From positions 168,702,001-168,766,000 of the forward strand of contig NC_042999.1 of the NCBI RefSeq assembly GCF_006345805.1: a stretch of DNA of 64,000 nt. Direction: 5' to 3'. Position 1 is the stretch's first letter. Each line of letters starts with the position of its first letter. Source of the stretch: Octopus sinensis (taxonomy: Eukaryota). A program made the position numbers and the translations under genes. Shown here in pieces: positions 1-10,567 of this stretch. Below the pieces are notes generated by a model. That model worked only from the letters and a program-made list of their open reading frames with translations. It did not search any database and was not told where the DNA came from.

Positions 1-66
1 AGGAGTTCCAACTTTAAGTGCTAATATGTGTGGAGGTAGTCCAGGAGGCTCTAGTGAATTGAGAAA
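1..66 (-). pseudogene. Helitron Pif1-like helicase fragment
   Basis: Minus-strand frame reads FLNSLEPPGLPPHILALKVGTP, the same motif as FNSFEPTGLPPHFLKLKVGAP in the Helitron at about 48790-48850. Confidence 0.75.
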
Positions 67-77
67 TTATATATATA

Positions 78-1734
78 CACTACCGTCAGAAATTAATTTG
101 CACCCTTGATTTGCTCTTCACTCAAGGTATGTGCTGTCACCTAGTGGCCATATCTCGAACTATTGCTTTGTTGCGAGTTCACTGTTGCGCAGAACGATGA
201 CGTAACTTTGTTTGCAGAGCGGTTTGAGTCTACAGCCTAATGATGTTGACATAGCAGTGCAACAACAACTTGGAGTGCGGATGCAGACAAATCTTCCTTT
301 GTTTAATAGATATAGGTAGCGCCTCGCAAGGACCGAAATCACACCGTACTAAGTTTTCTCATCGCGTAAGACGTTTTGAACAGCTTGTAGGTTAATTGAT
401 TTGTGTATTTGCAAGATTTTTTTTCCTCACAAATTCTCCTACACTCTGCTTTGTGACGTCACTTCCGGTTCACAAAACTTTCTGTTATACATCAAATAAA
501 GTGAGAAATTCTGCTTTCTTTCTTTTTTGTTTAATGAATAATAACTCATAGTAGTTTTGTTATAGCATAACATTATTCAAATGAATAGTTTTAATGAAAA
601 TAACTGGTTTTTGTCGTTCATTCCTAGATGGGCCCAAGACCTCGCATGACCTTGGAGAGACGGTACGAGGCTCTCTCGTGGCGTGGGAAGCTGTCGGAGG
701 CTGCAATAGCCAGAAAACTTGGTGTAGCCAGGCGCACAATTCAGTGCTTATTTAAGAAATACGAAGAAACCGGATCAGCAGCTGACAAAAAGGGTAGGGG
801 ACAGAAGAGGCTGACGACCCAGCGGGAGGACCGGATGCTGATCCGAAAGTCGCTGAACAACCGAAGGGCAACGAGCCGGCAACTGGCGGAGGAGATGCAA
901 AAGGTGACAGGGAAGCAGTTGTCTACAACCACCGTCAAGACCAGATTACTGGAAGCTGGTCTAAAATCCTGTAGGGCCGCCCGTAAGCCACTCCTTACAG
1001 CCCAAAACCGGAAGAGGCGGCTGCTCTGGGCCCGTGCCCACAAGACATGGACCGTGCAGCAGTGGCGGACAGTGATGTTCACTGACCAGTCGCGCTTCAG
1101 TCTCGTCAGTGACAAGCCTGTCCATGTGCGACGCCGCAGGGGTGAGCGCTTCAACAAAGACTGCATTGCTCCCACCATGAAGCATGGTGGGGGTGGTCTG
1201 ATGGTGTGGGGGGCGTTCAGCTACAGTGGTGTTGGGCGGCTCTATGCCATCGAAGGCAACATCAACGCAGCAAAGTACGTTGAGATAGTACGGAATGCTG
1301 CCCTACCCTCTGCGGGATAACTCTTTGGTGGCGAGGAGTACGTGCTCCAGCAGGACAACGTGCCTCCCCACACAGCCAAGCTCACAACCGGTTTCTTCAA
1401 GGACCATAGGGTGACGGTCATGGACTGGCCTGGCCTGGCCAGTCACCTGACCTGAACCCTATTGAGAACCTCTGGAGTCGATTGGGTAGGGATTTGAATG
1501 TGCAGCAATACAGGAACCGACACGAGCTGTTTGGGGCACTTCTTGCTGCATGGAGGGCCATCCCTGCACAGTACCTGTGCAACAAGATATTGACTATTAT
1601 GTGGTATGGTGGGATATGTTTTAATAAATTTTTGATTAAAAACGGGTTCGTTTCTGATAATAAGTTAATTAAATTAAAAAAATGTAAGAAAATGTAGAAA
1701 TTTGAGAAGTGCTAATTAATTTCTGACGCAAGTG
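78..1734 (+). mobile_element. Full-length Tc1-family DNA transposon (about 1.66 kb)
   Basis: Imperfect TIRs: CACTACCGTCAGAAATTAATTTGCAC on the left, reverse complement of the right end CACTTGCGTCAGAAATTAATTAGCAC; TA on both flanks; internal transposase. Confidence 0.93.
628..1585 (+). pseudogene. Tc1 DD34E transposase with premature stop and frameshift
   Basis: HTH N-terminus; motifs VMFTDQSRF, KHGGGGLMVWG, QQDN, WPGQSPDLNPIENLW with 34 residues between D and E. TAA at 1318-1320; a 5-bp duplication (tggcc) near 1430-1440 shifts the frame. Confidence 0.92.
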
Positions 1735-2247
1735 TATATACACACACACACACATAAACCTAAGGTTTATATATATATATATAAACCTTAGGCAGGACAC
1801 TAAGGAAGGACACAATTTTATATGAATCTTGATTTTGTGTCCAATTTCCAAGCTGGCATGGGGTGGACAGATTATTAGTGTGAGTCAGTTTTTGTTTGGA
1901 GTTATGACTTTTCTAAATGGATTAGAGGATCACGTCTCACCACTATGTTTTATTTTTAGCTTGGATGTAAAGAGAAAGTGATGACAAGAGTCAGGAATGG
2001 TAAGTGAAGACTGCAAGAATATTGAGAGGGGAGTGAAGAACAGTAATAGAGGTGAAGATGGGCAATGAATTCAATGAATTATCTACAAAAATATGGAAAA
2101 GAAATTCCTTTTATATGCAGAGACAGTGGAACATTGTATTTTAGTTGCATCCCTTTTATGTTCCAGTTTCAAATACCTTTGGGTATCAAAATTGTTTCTT
2201 TACATTAAGAACTGAGGATGATACTGCCTATGTAGATGCAAGCTCCA

Positions 2248-2827
2248 CAAACCACAGAAAACCTGTCTGGAAGAGCAGTAACTCTGAATAAAAACTCTGG
2301 TCCCTTACTAAACATTAGCTCTACTGCAGATGAAACTCTAGAGTGCCAGCAGTATGATGACATGTACTGGGTACATGTCATCATACTGCTGGTACCTGCT
2401 GTAAAGTGGTTGCATTCAGCTATAAAATCAAACCAAACACATGAATGGCAGTTTGTTATGTTGCACAGTTTGTCAGATAAAGAAGGGGAAGTGCCAAGAT
2501 CTGTCTTACCCATATTAGGATGGCAAAATGGGTATAAAACCACAGAAAACCTGTCTGGAAGAGCAGTAACTCTGAATAAAAACTCTGGTCCCTTACTAAA
2601 CATTAGCTCTACTGCAGATGAAACTCTAGAGTGCCAGCAGTATGATGACATGTACTGGGTACATGTCATCATACTGCTGGTACCTGCTGTAAAGTGGTTG
2701 CATTCAGCTATAAAATCAAACCAAACACATGAATGGCAGTTTGTTATGTTGCACAGTTTGTCAGATAAAGAAGGGGAAGTGCCAAGATCTGTCTTACCCA
2801 TATTAGGATGGCAAAATGGGTATAAAA
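2248..2827. repeat. Tandem duplication of a 288-bp unit
   Basis: accacagaaaacctg at 2251 and 2539; the copies look identical by eye. Confidence 0.9.
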
Positions 2828-3101
2828 TGATAGTGATTCTTCCCTCAACTTTTTAAAAATTTCTATAAATCATCATTGAAGTGCGAGGTCGGCATAATTT
2901 TAAGAGCATCAAAAAAGTGTCCCTGGCTCTTTACTCTCTGTCTTCAAAACCACACCAAGGTCAATTTCGTCTGTCATTCTTTTGGTATCAATAATATCAG
3001 TACCATTCAAGCACTAGGGTCAACAGTATTGCCTAACCCCTCATTTCGAAAGTTCTGGGATTTTAAAAATTCAATTTAGAAACAGTTATTGTTATTATTA
3101 C

Positions 3102-3244
3102 CTGAAGATCTCTGTTTTTTAGGCTGTGGTTGTTCTGAGATTGTGGGTTTCTGTGAAACTTGTTTCTTTGGTGATGCATCAGTTGGTGGCTGTAAACCAG
3201 CATCTTCATATGCCTTCCTCTTCAGTTGGGCTTTAATCTGTGAT
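3102..3244 (-). CDS. BAP18: BAP18/C17orf49 homologue, coding exon 4
   Basis: ttag acceptor and GTAATA donor; encodes SQIKAQLKRKAYEDAGLQPPTDASPKK...PKKQRSS, similar to vertebrate BAP18 AQIKATVKRKVYEDSG (recalled); phase fits exon 3. Confidence 0.9.
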
Positions 3245-3924
3245 CTAATAATAGTCAATAATTATGATATAACAAACAGACTCAATTTTCCCTCACTTCA
3301 CATAACTATTTCTAGATATTTCTAAAACACATTATCTTTCAATCAATCAATAGTTATTTATCTCATACAAATGTTATTTACTTCTCAATAAGAAATTAGA
3401 CCTGTTTTGTTCATGCCACCTGCAAGGAAAATAAATATATTTAAGAATTGAAATTATGTCAGATGTGTAAAAATGTCAATACAATGGTTGCAAAAAATTT
3501 GGTAAAAAAAAAAAGTGTTCTGCACTTCCTAACATTCTACCAAGCTGAAACAAACAGTTATCGTGTGCCTTGGACATGGATAACTGTGATAAAGTTTAAA
3601 CTCAAGACCATGTGATAAAATACTGTTTACAACTAAAATATTTCACTAATTTTAATTCACACATGCTTCAATACTGGTAGTACATCATAACATCAAGAAT
3701 AATTACTAACATGTTAGTTACTTTGCAATTGAACTGGCATTTGTGTAAATCAGTGTATGTGATTTAACAAAGTCAATAATAATAATAGTGACTATAAACA
3801 CAATGTTACCACTGGTTGTAAGAGAAGAATAGTTGGTTGTTGAGGAAATTACAATGATTGAAACCAATTTAGTCAGTCAGTTTTTTCTGTCCATGGTTAG
3901 ATTGTACAGAGGGAGAATTCACAA

Positions 3925-5030
3925 AAAAAAAACAAACAAACCAAAAGACAGGTGGTGTAGACAACAAACAGATGCATTAGTTTAACGCTTGAGAAGTGAA
4001 CAAGTCTTTAACATTTCGAGCCTACGCTTTTCCACAGAAAGAAACAAGGAGAGAAAATAAAGAATGTGAACTGTGGCTAGCGATCTATCATGGCGAATGC
4101 CGGACAGAAGGGTCACACAGGAGAGCTAGGAAGAAGGGGAGATAATAAAGTAGTGGTGATCCCAAAACGAAGGTGCGCGTGCATGTATATAAGAGAGTAT
4201 GTATGTGAATGTGGAAAAGAGCTTGACGTGTGATTGTGTGTGTATGTGTAGGTGTGAAGATGTGGGGCTGGGAAGTGGTCAGTGCTAGTGTGTGCGTGGT
4301 TGTGTGATGTGATGTGTTGTGTGGTATGGTGGTGTGTGGTGTAGTGTGGTGTGATGGTGGTGCAAGGTGGGAGAGGCGAGAGTGGGAAAGCAAGGGTGGG
4401 ATGCAGGTTAGGCTGAGGGTAGGTATAGAGGTGGGGTATGTGGGTAGGTAGGTGGGGTTAGAGGCAGGGTATGTGGGAGGGGGTGGGGAGGATAGGGAAG
4501 GTGGGGTTGGAATGTGTAGGGGTGGGGTTACAAGGGAGGTGTGACAATGAAAGGGAAGGAGATGGTGGATAGGAGTGAAGAGAAGAGAGAAAGCGAGTAG
4601 GAGTCGGAGCAAGAGAGGAGAGGTGGGAAGGAGTAGGTGTGAGGTGGAGAGGCGAGGGGAGGAGGTTAGATAAAGAGGGGAGGGGAGTTGAGCCCATGTG
4701 GTGCAAAGGAATGAAGAGAGAAGATTAATCTCTGTTCATGGTGCAAACGGGAATTCATATGCCCCTGTGCAAGGACAATCCGAAGTCGGACAGGTGTTGC
4801 AAAGAGTGACTGGTAGAGCAGAAATGACGCAAGACCAGGGTGTCAATGCTAAGTCGGAGGTGTTCCGCGAACCAGTCAACCAAGCAGCGTCTTGTTTGTC
4901 CAATGTATAGAGAAGGGCAGAGAGAGCAGGAGATGCAGTAGATGACATTGGTAGAAGTGCAGGTGAAGGAGTCAGTGATGTGATAGAGTCAATGATGGAT
5001 GCCGTGTTCAATGTTGAGAAAGAAAGCAAA
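3925..5030 (-). mobile_element. Penelope-like element 3' fragment (GIY-YIG plus pseudo-LTR)
   Basis: Minus frame ITDSFTCTSTNVIYCISCSLCPSLYIGQTRRCLVDWFAEHLR at about 4860-4985; low-complexity 3' UTR; degenerate hammerhead at 4005-4042. Confidence 0.8.
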
Positions 5031-5109
5031 TCTTATTTACTTCATGATCTCGAGAAATAGGCAAAACTCAGCAAAATATAATCTATTGAAACATTTCATC
5101 TTAATATAG

Positions 5110-6637
5110 ACTACAATAAAATCCTTGATCACATTTATCCAGAGTATCATAGATCTGTAGAAAAGGTGTAGGTAGAAACTCTATAAGATGCACCAAGTGT
5201 AAGCTATGGACACATAAGAGGTGCAGCAATGTCATAGGAAGGCTAACTAGGAAGATGGTTTTTGTATGTGGCAGATGCTCGGGAGCATTAACCTCTGAAA
5301 ATCTGCAGAAAACAACTTCCGTCACTTTCCAGGGGGAAAAACTAGAAGTAGTTGATAGCTTCCGTTATCTTGGTGACCAAGTCAGTAGTGGGGGTGGGTG
5401 TGCTGAAAGTGTAACGGCTAGAGTAAGAATAGCCTGGGCAAAGTTTAGGGAGCTCTTACCTCTGTTGGTGACTAAAGGCCTCTCGCTCAGAGTAAAAGGC
5501 AGACTGTATGATGCATGTGTACGAACAGCCATGCTACATGGCAGTGAAACATGGGCCGTGACTGCTGAGGACATGCGTAAGCTCGCGAGAAATGAAGCTA
5601 GTATGCTCCGTTGGATGTGTAATGTCAGTGTTCATAGTCGACAGAGTGTAAGTACCTTGAGAGAAAAGTTGGACCTAAGAGGAATCAGATGTTGTGTGCA
5701 AGAGAGACGATTGCGCTGGTATGGTCATGTGGTGAGAATGGATGAAGATAGGTGTGTGAAAAAGTGCCACACCCTGGCAGTTGAGGGGACCTGTGGAAGA
5801 GATAGACCCAGGAAAACCTGGGTCGAGGTGGTGAAGCACGACCTTCGAACTCTAGGTCTCACCAAGGAAATGACCAGAGACCGAGACCTATGGAAGTATG
5901 CTGTGCGTGAGAAGACCCGGCAAGACCAGTGAGAACAATCAAAATCAAATCATATATCAGAAAGCAGGGGTTAAGTGACCCATCCGTTCGTGTCCGCTGT
6001 CAGCCTCGTCTGGCACCCGTGCCGGTGACACGTAAAAGCACCATTCGCTCGTGGCCGTTTGCCAGCTCTGCCTGGCCCTGTGTCGGTGGCACGTAAAAGC
6101 ACCATCCGTTCGTGTTCGTTGCCAGCCTCGCCTGGCCCCGTGCCGGTGACACGTAAAAGCACCGTCCGTTCGTGGCCGTTTGCCAGCTCTGTCTGGCCCC
6201 GTGTCGGTGGCACGTAAAAGCACCATCCGTTCGTGTCCGTTGCCAGCCTCGGCTGGCCCCCGTGCCGGTGACACGTAAAAGCACCGTCCGCTCATGGCCG
6301 TTTGCCAGCTCTGTCTGGCAACCGTGTCGGTGGCACGTAAAAGCACCATCTGTTCATGTCCGTTGCCAGCATCGCCTGGCCCCGTGCCGGTGACACGTAA
6401 AAGCACCATCCGTTCGTGGCCGTTCGCCAGCTCTGTCTGGCACCTGTGTAGGTGGCACGTAAAAAACACCCACTACACTTGCGGAGTGGTTGGCGTTAGG
6501 AAGGGCATCCAGCCGTAGAAACACTGCCAGATCTGACTGGGCCTGACGAAGCCTTCCAGCTTCACAGACCCCAGTTGACCCGTCCAACCCATGCTAGCAT
6601 GGAAAGCGGACGCTAAACGATGATGATGATGATGATG
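5110..6637 (+). mobile_element. RTE-type LINE 3' fragment with 3' UTR minisatellite and (GAT)n tail
   Basis: ORF 5255-5932 has FRYLG, MLHGSETW, RLRWYGHV, RPRKTW; ends in (gat)n. Confidence 0.88.
5980..6470 (+). repeat. About 61-bp tandem repeat x8 with alternating A/B units
   Basis: Recurrent gtgYcggtgRcacgtaaaagcacc, alternating ggtgacac and ggtggcac. Confidence 0.9.
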
Positions 6638-6729
6638 AATTCTGTTTTACATTGGTAGAAAATCCCTCATAAGAATTAAGAACATGTAAGGTTAATACTT
6701 CACTCAAGATATCATCAATGTCATTGAAG

Positions 6730-7110
6730 TGCAATGACCAGCAAAGGATCCTATTTCAAACAAACATTGCTCGAAATCAAAAATGAACACAAATACTCCC
6801 ATGGAAAGGGGAGGGCAGAGAAAGAAGTCAGGGCTGTTAAAAATATGGAGACAAACCCTAAAGCCTTCTATATATTTGCAAAAGAGTCTGCTTCAGAATG
6901 GTACAAGTTAGGGCCAATGTTTGAAGAAAATGGCTCACTGACTGTAGATCCCCAGAGGATCAGTGAAATACTCAATGTGCAATGCAAGATTACTTTTCAC
7001 AACTTCAATGTGGCACTTGAAAATAGGTGTACCTAATGAGTTCTTTGGCACCACAGCTCTACACAAAAAGATGGCAATTATTGATAATATCGAAATAGAG
7101 GAAACTGATA
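6730..7110 (+). mobile_element. Degenerate LINE fragment (region between endonuclease and RT)
   Basis: AVKNMETNPKAFYIFAK...GP...ISEILN resembles the CR1/L2/Jockey-type linker. Confidence 0.5.
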
Positions 7111-7809
7111 TGTATCCTCAGGTGACTTTTCAAAAGGTACCATGCTCAATAATCTGCTTTTTTGGGGGTTGATCATAATACATGTCAGCATTTGCTTGCA
7201 GCTGGTTGCATACAGGTTTTACAGTTTGTCATTCCACGTTTGAAAAGTCACCTGACACTTTTACACTGAGGGATGCACCACAACCAGTTGTATAGTATGT
7301 CACCCAACTGGGATCGATGCCAGATGGGTCGAAACAATTGTTGTGATTACTAAAGAATCTTGTGAATTCCTGAGGTAGATCCAGTGGCATTTATATCCAT
7401 ACAGTTGATGACATCAAGTAGCCGTAGAATAGTGAAAGTACTTTAATTGGCATACTATTAGATGTATACCCAAGTTTTAAATAATTACTTATAAATATAC
7501 ATATATATATACAATAAAAGTTTTGAATGTTAAAAAAAACAACGTTCATATTGCAAAAACATTCTGCATTGATAGACATTGTTTTGTTTTATTTTCTTAT
7601 TGCTGGAAGTGAAAACAGAAGCTAAGTTTTTAAAAATTGGTCTTAGTTTATTTCATGCAATCATGTTTAATGTTTCTCTCCCATACAGCATCCTTACCAG
7701 CCATTTTCTCATATATTATATAGACTAGTTTAGCATGAAATCTCTGATGTTTTACGTTAGAATAGGACAGTATAGTTTTTCATATGCCCTTTCATTTATA
7801 TGATACCGT

Positions 7810-9433
7810 TACCTAGGTGACCAAGTCAGTAGTGGAGGAGGGTGCACTGAAAGTGTAACTGCTAGAATAAGAATAGCTTGGGCAAAGTTCAGAGAGCTCT
7901 TACTTCTGCTGGTGACGAAGGGCCTCTCGCTCAGAGTAAAAGGTAGACTGTATGATGCATGTGTATGAACAGCCATGCTACATAGCAGTGAAACATGGGC
8001 CATGACAGCTGAGGACAGGTGTAAGCTCGCAAGAAATGAAGCCAGTGTGCTCCGATGGATGTGTAATGTCAGTGTGCACACTCAACAGAGTGTAAGTACC
8101 TTGCAAGAAAAGTTGGACCTAAGAAGCATCAGTTGTGGTGTGCAAGAGAGACGTTTGCACTGGTATGGTCATGTGATGAGAATGGATGAGGATAGCTGTG
8201 TGAAAAGTGCCACACCCTAGCGGTTGAGGGAACCTGTTGAAGAGGTAAACCCAGGAAGACCTGGGATGAGGTGGTGAAGCACGACCTTTAAATATTAGGC
8301 CTCACTGAGGCAATGACTAGTGACCGAGACCTTTGGAAATATGCTGTGCTTGAGAAGACCCGGCAAGCCAAGTGAGACCATAATCTCATGGCCTATGCCA
8401 GGAGTGTAACCAGCCCACTTATGTGTACCTTTCCTTCATTGGACACTAAACTCTGCTTGTGAGGACCTGTTGAAGCAAGTGAAATCGAAATCAAATTCGA
8501 TGACTGGCATCTGTGCTAGTGGAGCGCTAAGAGCACCATGCAAGTGTGATCATTGCCAGAGCAGCTGACTTGCTTCTGTGCCGGTGGCACGTAAAAAGCA
8601 CCATTTGAGCATGATCGTTACCAGTGTGGCCTTACTGGCACTTGTTTCAGTGGCATGTGAAAAAACATTCAAGTGAGGTCGTTGCCAGTGCCACTGGACT
8701 GGCTCCTGTGCAGGTGGCATGTAAAAAACACCATTTGAGTGTGGCCGTTGCCGGGACTGCCTGACTGGCCGTGCCGGTGGCACGTAAAAGCACCCTCTAC
8801 ACTCTCAGAGTGGTTTGCATTAGGAAGGGCATCCAGTCGTAGAAACTCTGCCAGATCAGATTGGAGCCTGGTGTAGCCATCTGGTTCGCCAGTCCTCAGT
8901 CAAATCGTCCAACCCATGCTAGCATGGAAAGCTGGCTCCTGTGCAGGTGGCATGTAAAAAACACCATTTGAGCGTGTCCGTTGCCGGTACTGCCCGACTG
9001 GCCCTGTGCCGGTGGCACGTAAAAGCACCCTCTACACTCTCAGAGTGGTTTGCATTAGGAAGGGCATCCAGTCGTAGAAACTCTGCCAGATCAGATTGGA
9101 GCCTGGTGTAGCCATCTGGTTCGCCAGTCCTCAGTCAAATCGTCCAACCCATGCTAGCATGGAAAGCTGGCTCCTGTGCAGGTGGCATGTAAAAAACACC
9201 ATTTGAGCGTGTCCGTTGCCGGTACTGCCCGACTGGCCCTGTGCCGGTGGCACGTAAAAGCACCCTCTACACTCTCAGAGTGGTTTGCATTAGGAAGGGC
9301 ATCCAGTCGTAGAAACTCTGCCAGATCAGATTGGAGCCTGGTGTAGCCATCTGGTTCGCCAGTCCTCAGTCAAATCGTCCAACCCATGCTAGCATGGAAA
9401 ATGGACGTTAAATGATGATGATGATGATGATGA
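7810..9433 (+). mobile_element. RTE-type LINE 3' fragment, same family as 5110-6637; 3' UTR triplicated
   Basis: Homologous to 5365-5930 with stops; a unit of about 236 bp occurs three times (about 8700-9400); (gat)n tail. Confidence 0.88.
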
Positions 9434-9559
9434 TTGGGTTGGCAAGAAAGTAATTTCCTTTTTCAGAAATAGAGTTACGATTTTTTTGAATAACTTTTGT
9501 CATTGTTACGATTTTCTCCTTTTAACATTTGATAGCATTACGCTTAACTTATTTGTAAT

Positions 9560-9975
9560 AGGCGCAGCAGTGGCTGTGTGGTAAGTAGCTTGCTAACCAA
9601 CCACATGGTTCTGGGTTCAATCCCACTGCGTGGCATCTTGGGCAAGTGTCTTCTGCTATAGCCCCGGGCTGACCAATGCCTTGTGAGTGGATTTGGTAGA
9701 CGGAAACTGAAAGAAGCCTGTCGTATATACATATATGTATGTGTATGTGTGTGTGTTTGTGTGTGTGTGTTTGTCCCCCTAGCATTGCTTGACAACCGAT
9801 GCTGGTGTGTGTTTATGTCCCCGTTACTTAGCGGTTCGGCAAAAGGGACCGATAGAATAAGTACTGGGCTTACAAAAGAATAAGTCCCGGGATCGATTTG
9901 CTCGATTAAAGGCGGTGCTCCAGCATGGCCACAGTCAAATGACTGAAACAAGTAAAAGAGTAAAGAGTAAAAGAG
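9560..9975 (+). mobile_element. tRNA-derived SINE, family A
   Basis: A box (tggctgtgtggt) and B box (ggttcaatccc), internal (TG)n, gtaaaaga tail. Other copies at about 16010-16380(-), 24790-25050(-), 36497-36812(+), 39690-39930(-), 56480-56892(-), 58140-58380(-), 59590-59745(-), 60363-60777(-), 60935-61092(-). Confidence 0.88.
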
Positions 9976-10119
9976 CTATTAATTTAGTGTCAATTTTAAC
10001 ATTTTCGCCCTATTTTAATCACATTAATATGTTGATAGAATTTAATAGAAATAAAATCAGGTTAGAAATATAACAAAACGGTTTTAAAAAATACCAAATA
10101 GTAAAATGGTTTGACTTAC

Positions 10120-10221
10120 GTAGTTCTGTTTTTTATGACATCACTGATTTTATTCAGATCTTCTCCAAACCGTTTCACTGATGATTTTAGTAGTTCTATT
10201 TCTTGCTCTGTCCATTTACCA
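10120..10221 (-). CDS. BAP18: BAP18/C17orf49 homologue, coding exon 3 (SANT/Myb-like domain)
   Basis: tttcag acceptor and GTAAGT donor; GKWTEQEIELLKSSVKRFGEDLNKISDVIKNRT; 102 nt, phase 2-2. Confidence 0.93.
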
Positions 10222-10260
10222 CTGAAATTTAACAAATTACAAACATATATATCTATATGT

Positions 10261-10567
10261 GGAAGCGCAATGGCCCAGTGGTTAGGGCAGCAGACTCGCG
10301 GTCGGAGGATCGCGGTTTCGATTTCAGACCGGGCGTTGTGTGTGTTTATTGAGCGAAAAACACCTAAAATAGCTCCCCGAAGCTCCGGCAGGGGGTGGTG
10401 ATCCCTGCTGTACTCTTTCACCACCCTTTCTCCCACTCTTTCTTCTGTTGGCCTGCTCGCTTAGCCAGCGGGGTGGTGTCATTCGAGGGCTAAAACAATG
10501 CGGACGCATTGTGACCAGCGATGTGTAACAACATCTGATGGACTGGTCGGTCACATGATCACGTGAT
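10261..10567 (+). mobile_element. tRNA-derived SINE (family C head, different body)
   Basis: Head tggcccagtggttagggcag...ggtttcgattt shared with 23838-24221 and 28332-28706. Confidence 0.8.

Noticed and set aside
2236-2856. 206-aa repeat protein ORF
   Set aside because: Produced by the 288-bp tandem duplication; no recognisable domain; intronic.
1740-3100. Final BAP18 exon (DVTLSALN-like)
   Set aside because: No matching frame was found; it probably lies beyond the left edge of the window.
5980-6470. CRISPR-like regularly spaced repeats
   Set aside because: The spacers are themselves repeated, there are no cas genes and the array lies in a eukaryotic LINE 3' UTR.
9560-9635. tRNA gene
   Set aside because: A and B boxes continue into a multi-copy SINE body with no full cloverleaf; the same applies to the other SINE heads.
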